NCBI GenBank assembly: GCA_044226625.1
Contig: JBGAGQ010000102.1
Location: 1 to 15,152, forward strand
Source of the DNA: Thermoanaerobaculia bacterium
GTDB taxonomy: Bacteria; Acidobacteriota; Thermoanaerobaculia; Multivoradales; UBA5704
Direction of reading: 5' to 3'
Length of the DNA: 15,152 nucleotides
Shown here: positions 15,034 to 15,152 of the stretch, piece by piece
Layout of the letters: the number at the start of each line of letters is the position of its first letter
How positions within the stretch are numbered: position 1 is the stretch's first letter
Program-made: the position numbers and the translations under genes
The notes under the pieces: model-generated
Told to the model about the DNA's origin: nothing
Database searches by the model: none
The model's input: only the letters and a program-made list of their open reading frames with translations

Positions 15034-15152
15034 ATGGCTCGGAAGATCCGATTCACGCCCGAAGGGGGAGCCCTCTACGAGGTGACCTGCCGTACGGTCC
15101 ACAGCCGATTCCTCCTGCGGCCGGGTCCTCTGCTCAACGAGACCATCGTGGG
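15034..15152 (+). CDS. N-terminus of a REP-associated/IS200-like HUH (Y1) tyrosine transposase, runs off the window
   Basis: Hand translation gives MARKIRFTPEGGALYEVTCRTVHSRFLLRPGPLLNETIV. This resembles the MARxxR...(Y/H)xVTxR...FLL N-terminus of RAYT/Y1 transposases. The HUH motif would lie beyond the window. Confidence 0.7.
   Translation, partial: MARKIRFTPEGGALYEVTCRTVHSRFLLRPGPLLNETIV

Overview
High-GC bacterial window, probably Acidobacteria and possibly Thermoanaerobaculia (inference from the duplicated orphan permease and the style of the Y1 transposase and precursor peptide). The left ~10.6 kb holds ordinary-looking accessory genes. These are a 3'-truncated minus-strand gene missed by the ORF track (aegerolysin-like domain + degenerate EEP/sphingomyelinase-like domain + start of a repeat region), uvsE, a secreted Asp-box beta-propeller protein, an orphan Cys/Thr-rich lanthipeptide-like precursor, a SEC-C/MbcA-type protein, a GNAT, a VOC protein and an ADOP permease. 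A ~700 bp apparently non-coding stretch with degenerate periodic repeats follows. The right ~4 kb is a toxin-antitoxin and mobile-DNA patchwork: vapBC, a coiled-coil/AT-hook-like protein, an orphaned antitoxin with a truncated toxin, a PemK/MazF pair, a frameshifted istB fragment, a lower-GC orphan ORF and the start of a RAYT-like HUH/Y1 transposase. The most notable structure is a ~28-bp REP-like motif (AGGTTAGGGTGGCACCYAT...) with three full copies and one partial copy. The copies sit at the junctions of the foreign fragments, suggesting RAYT/REP-linked DNA capture.
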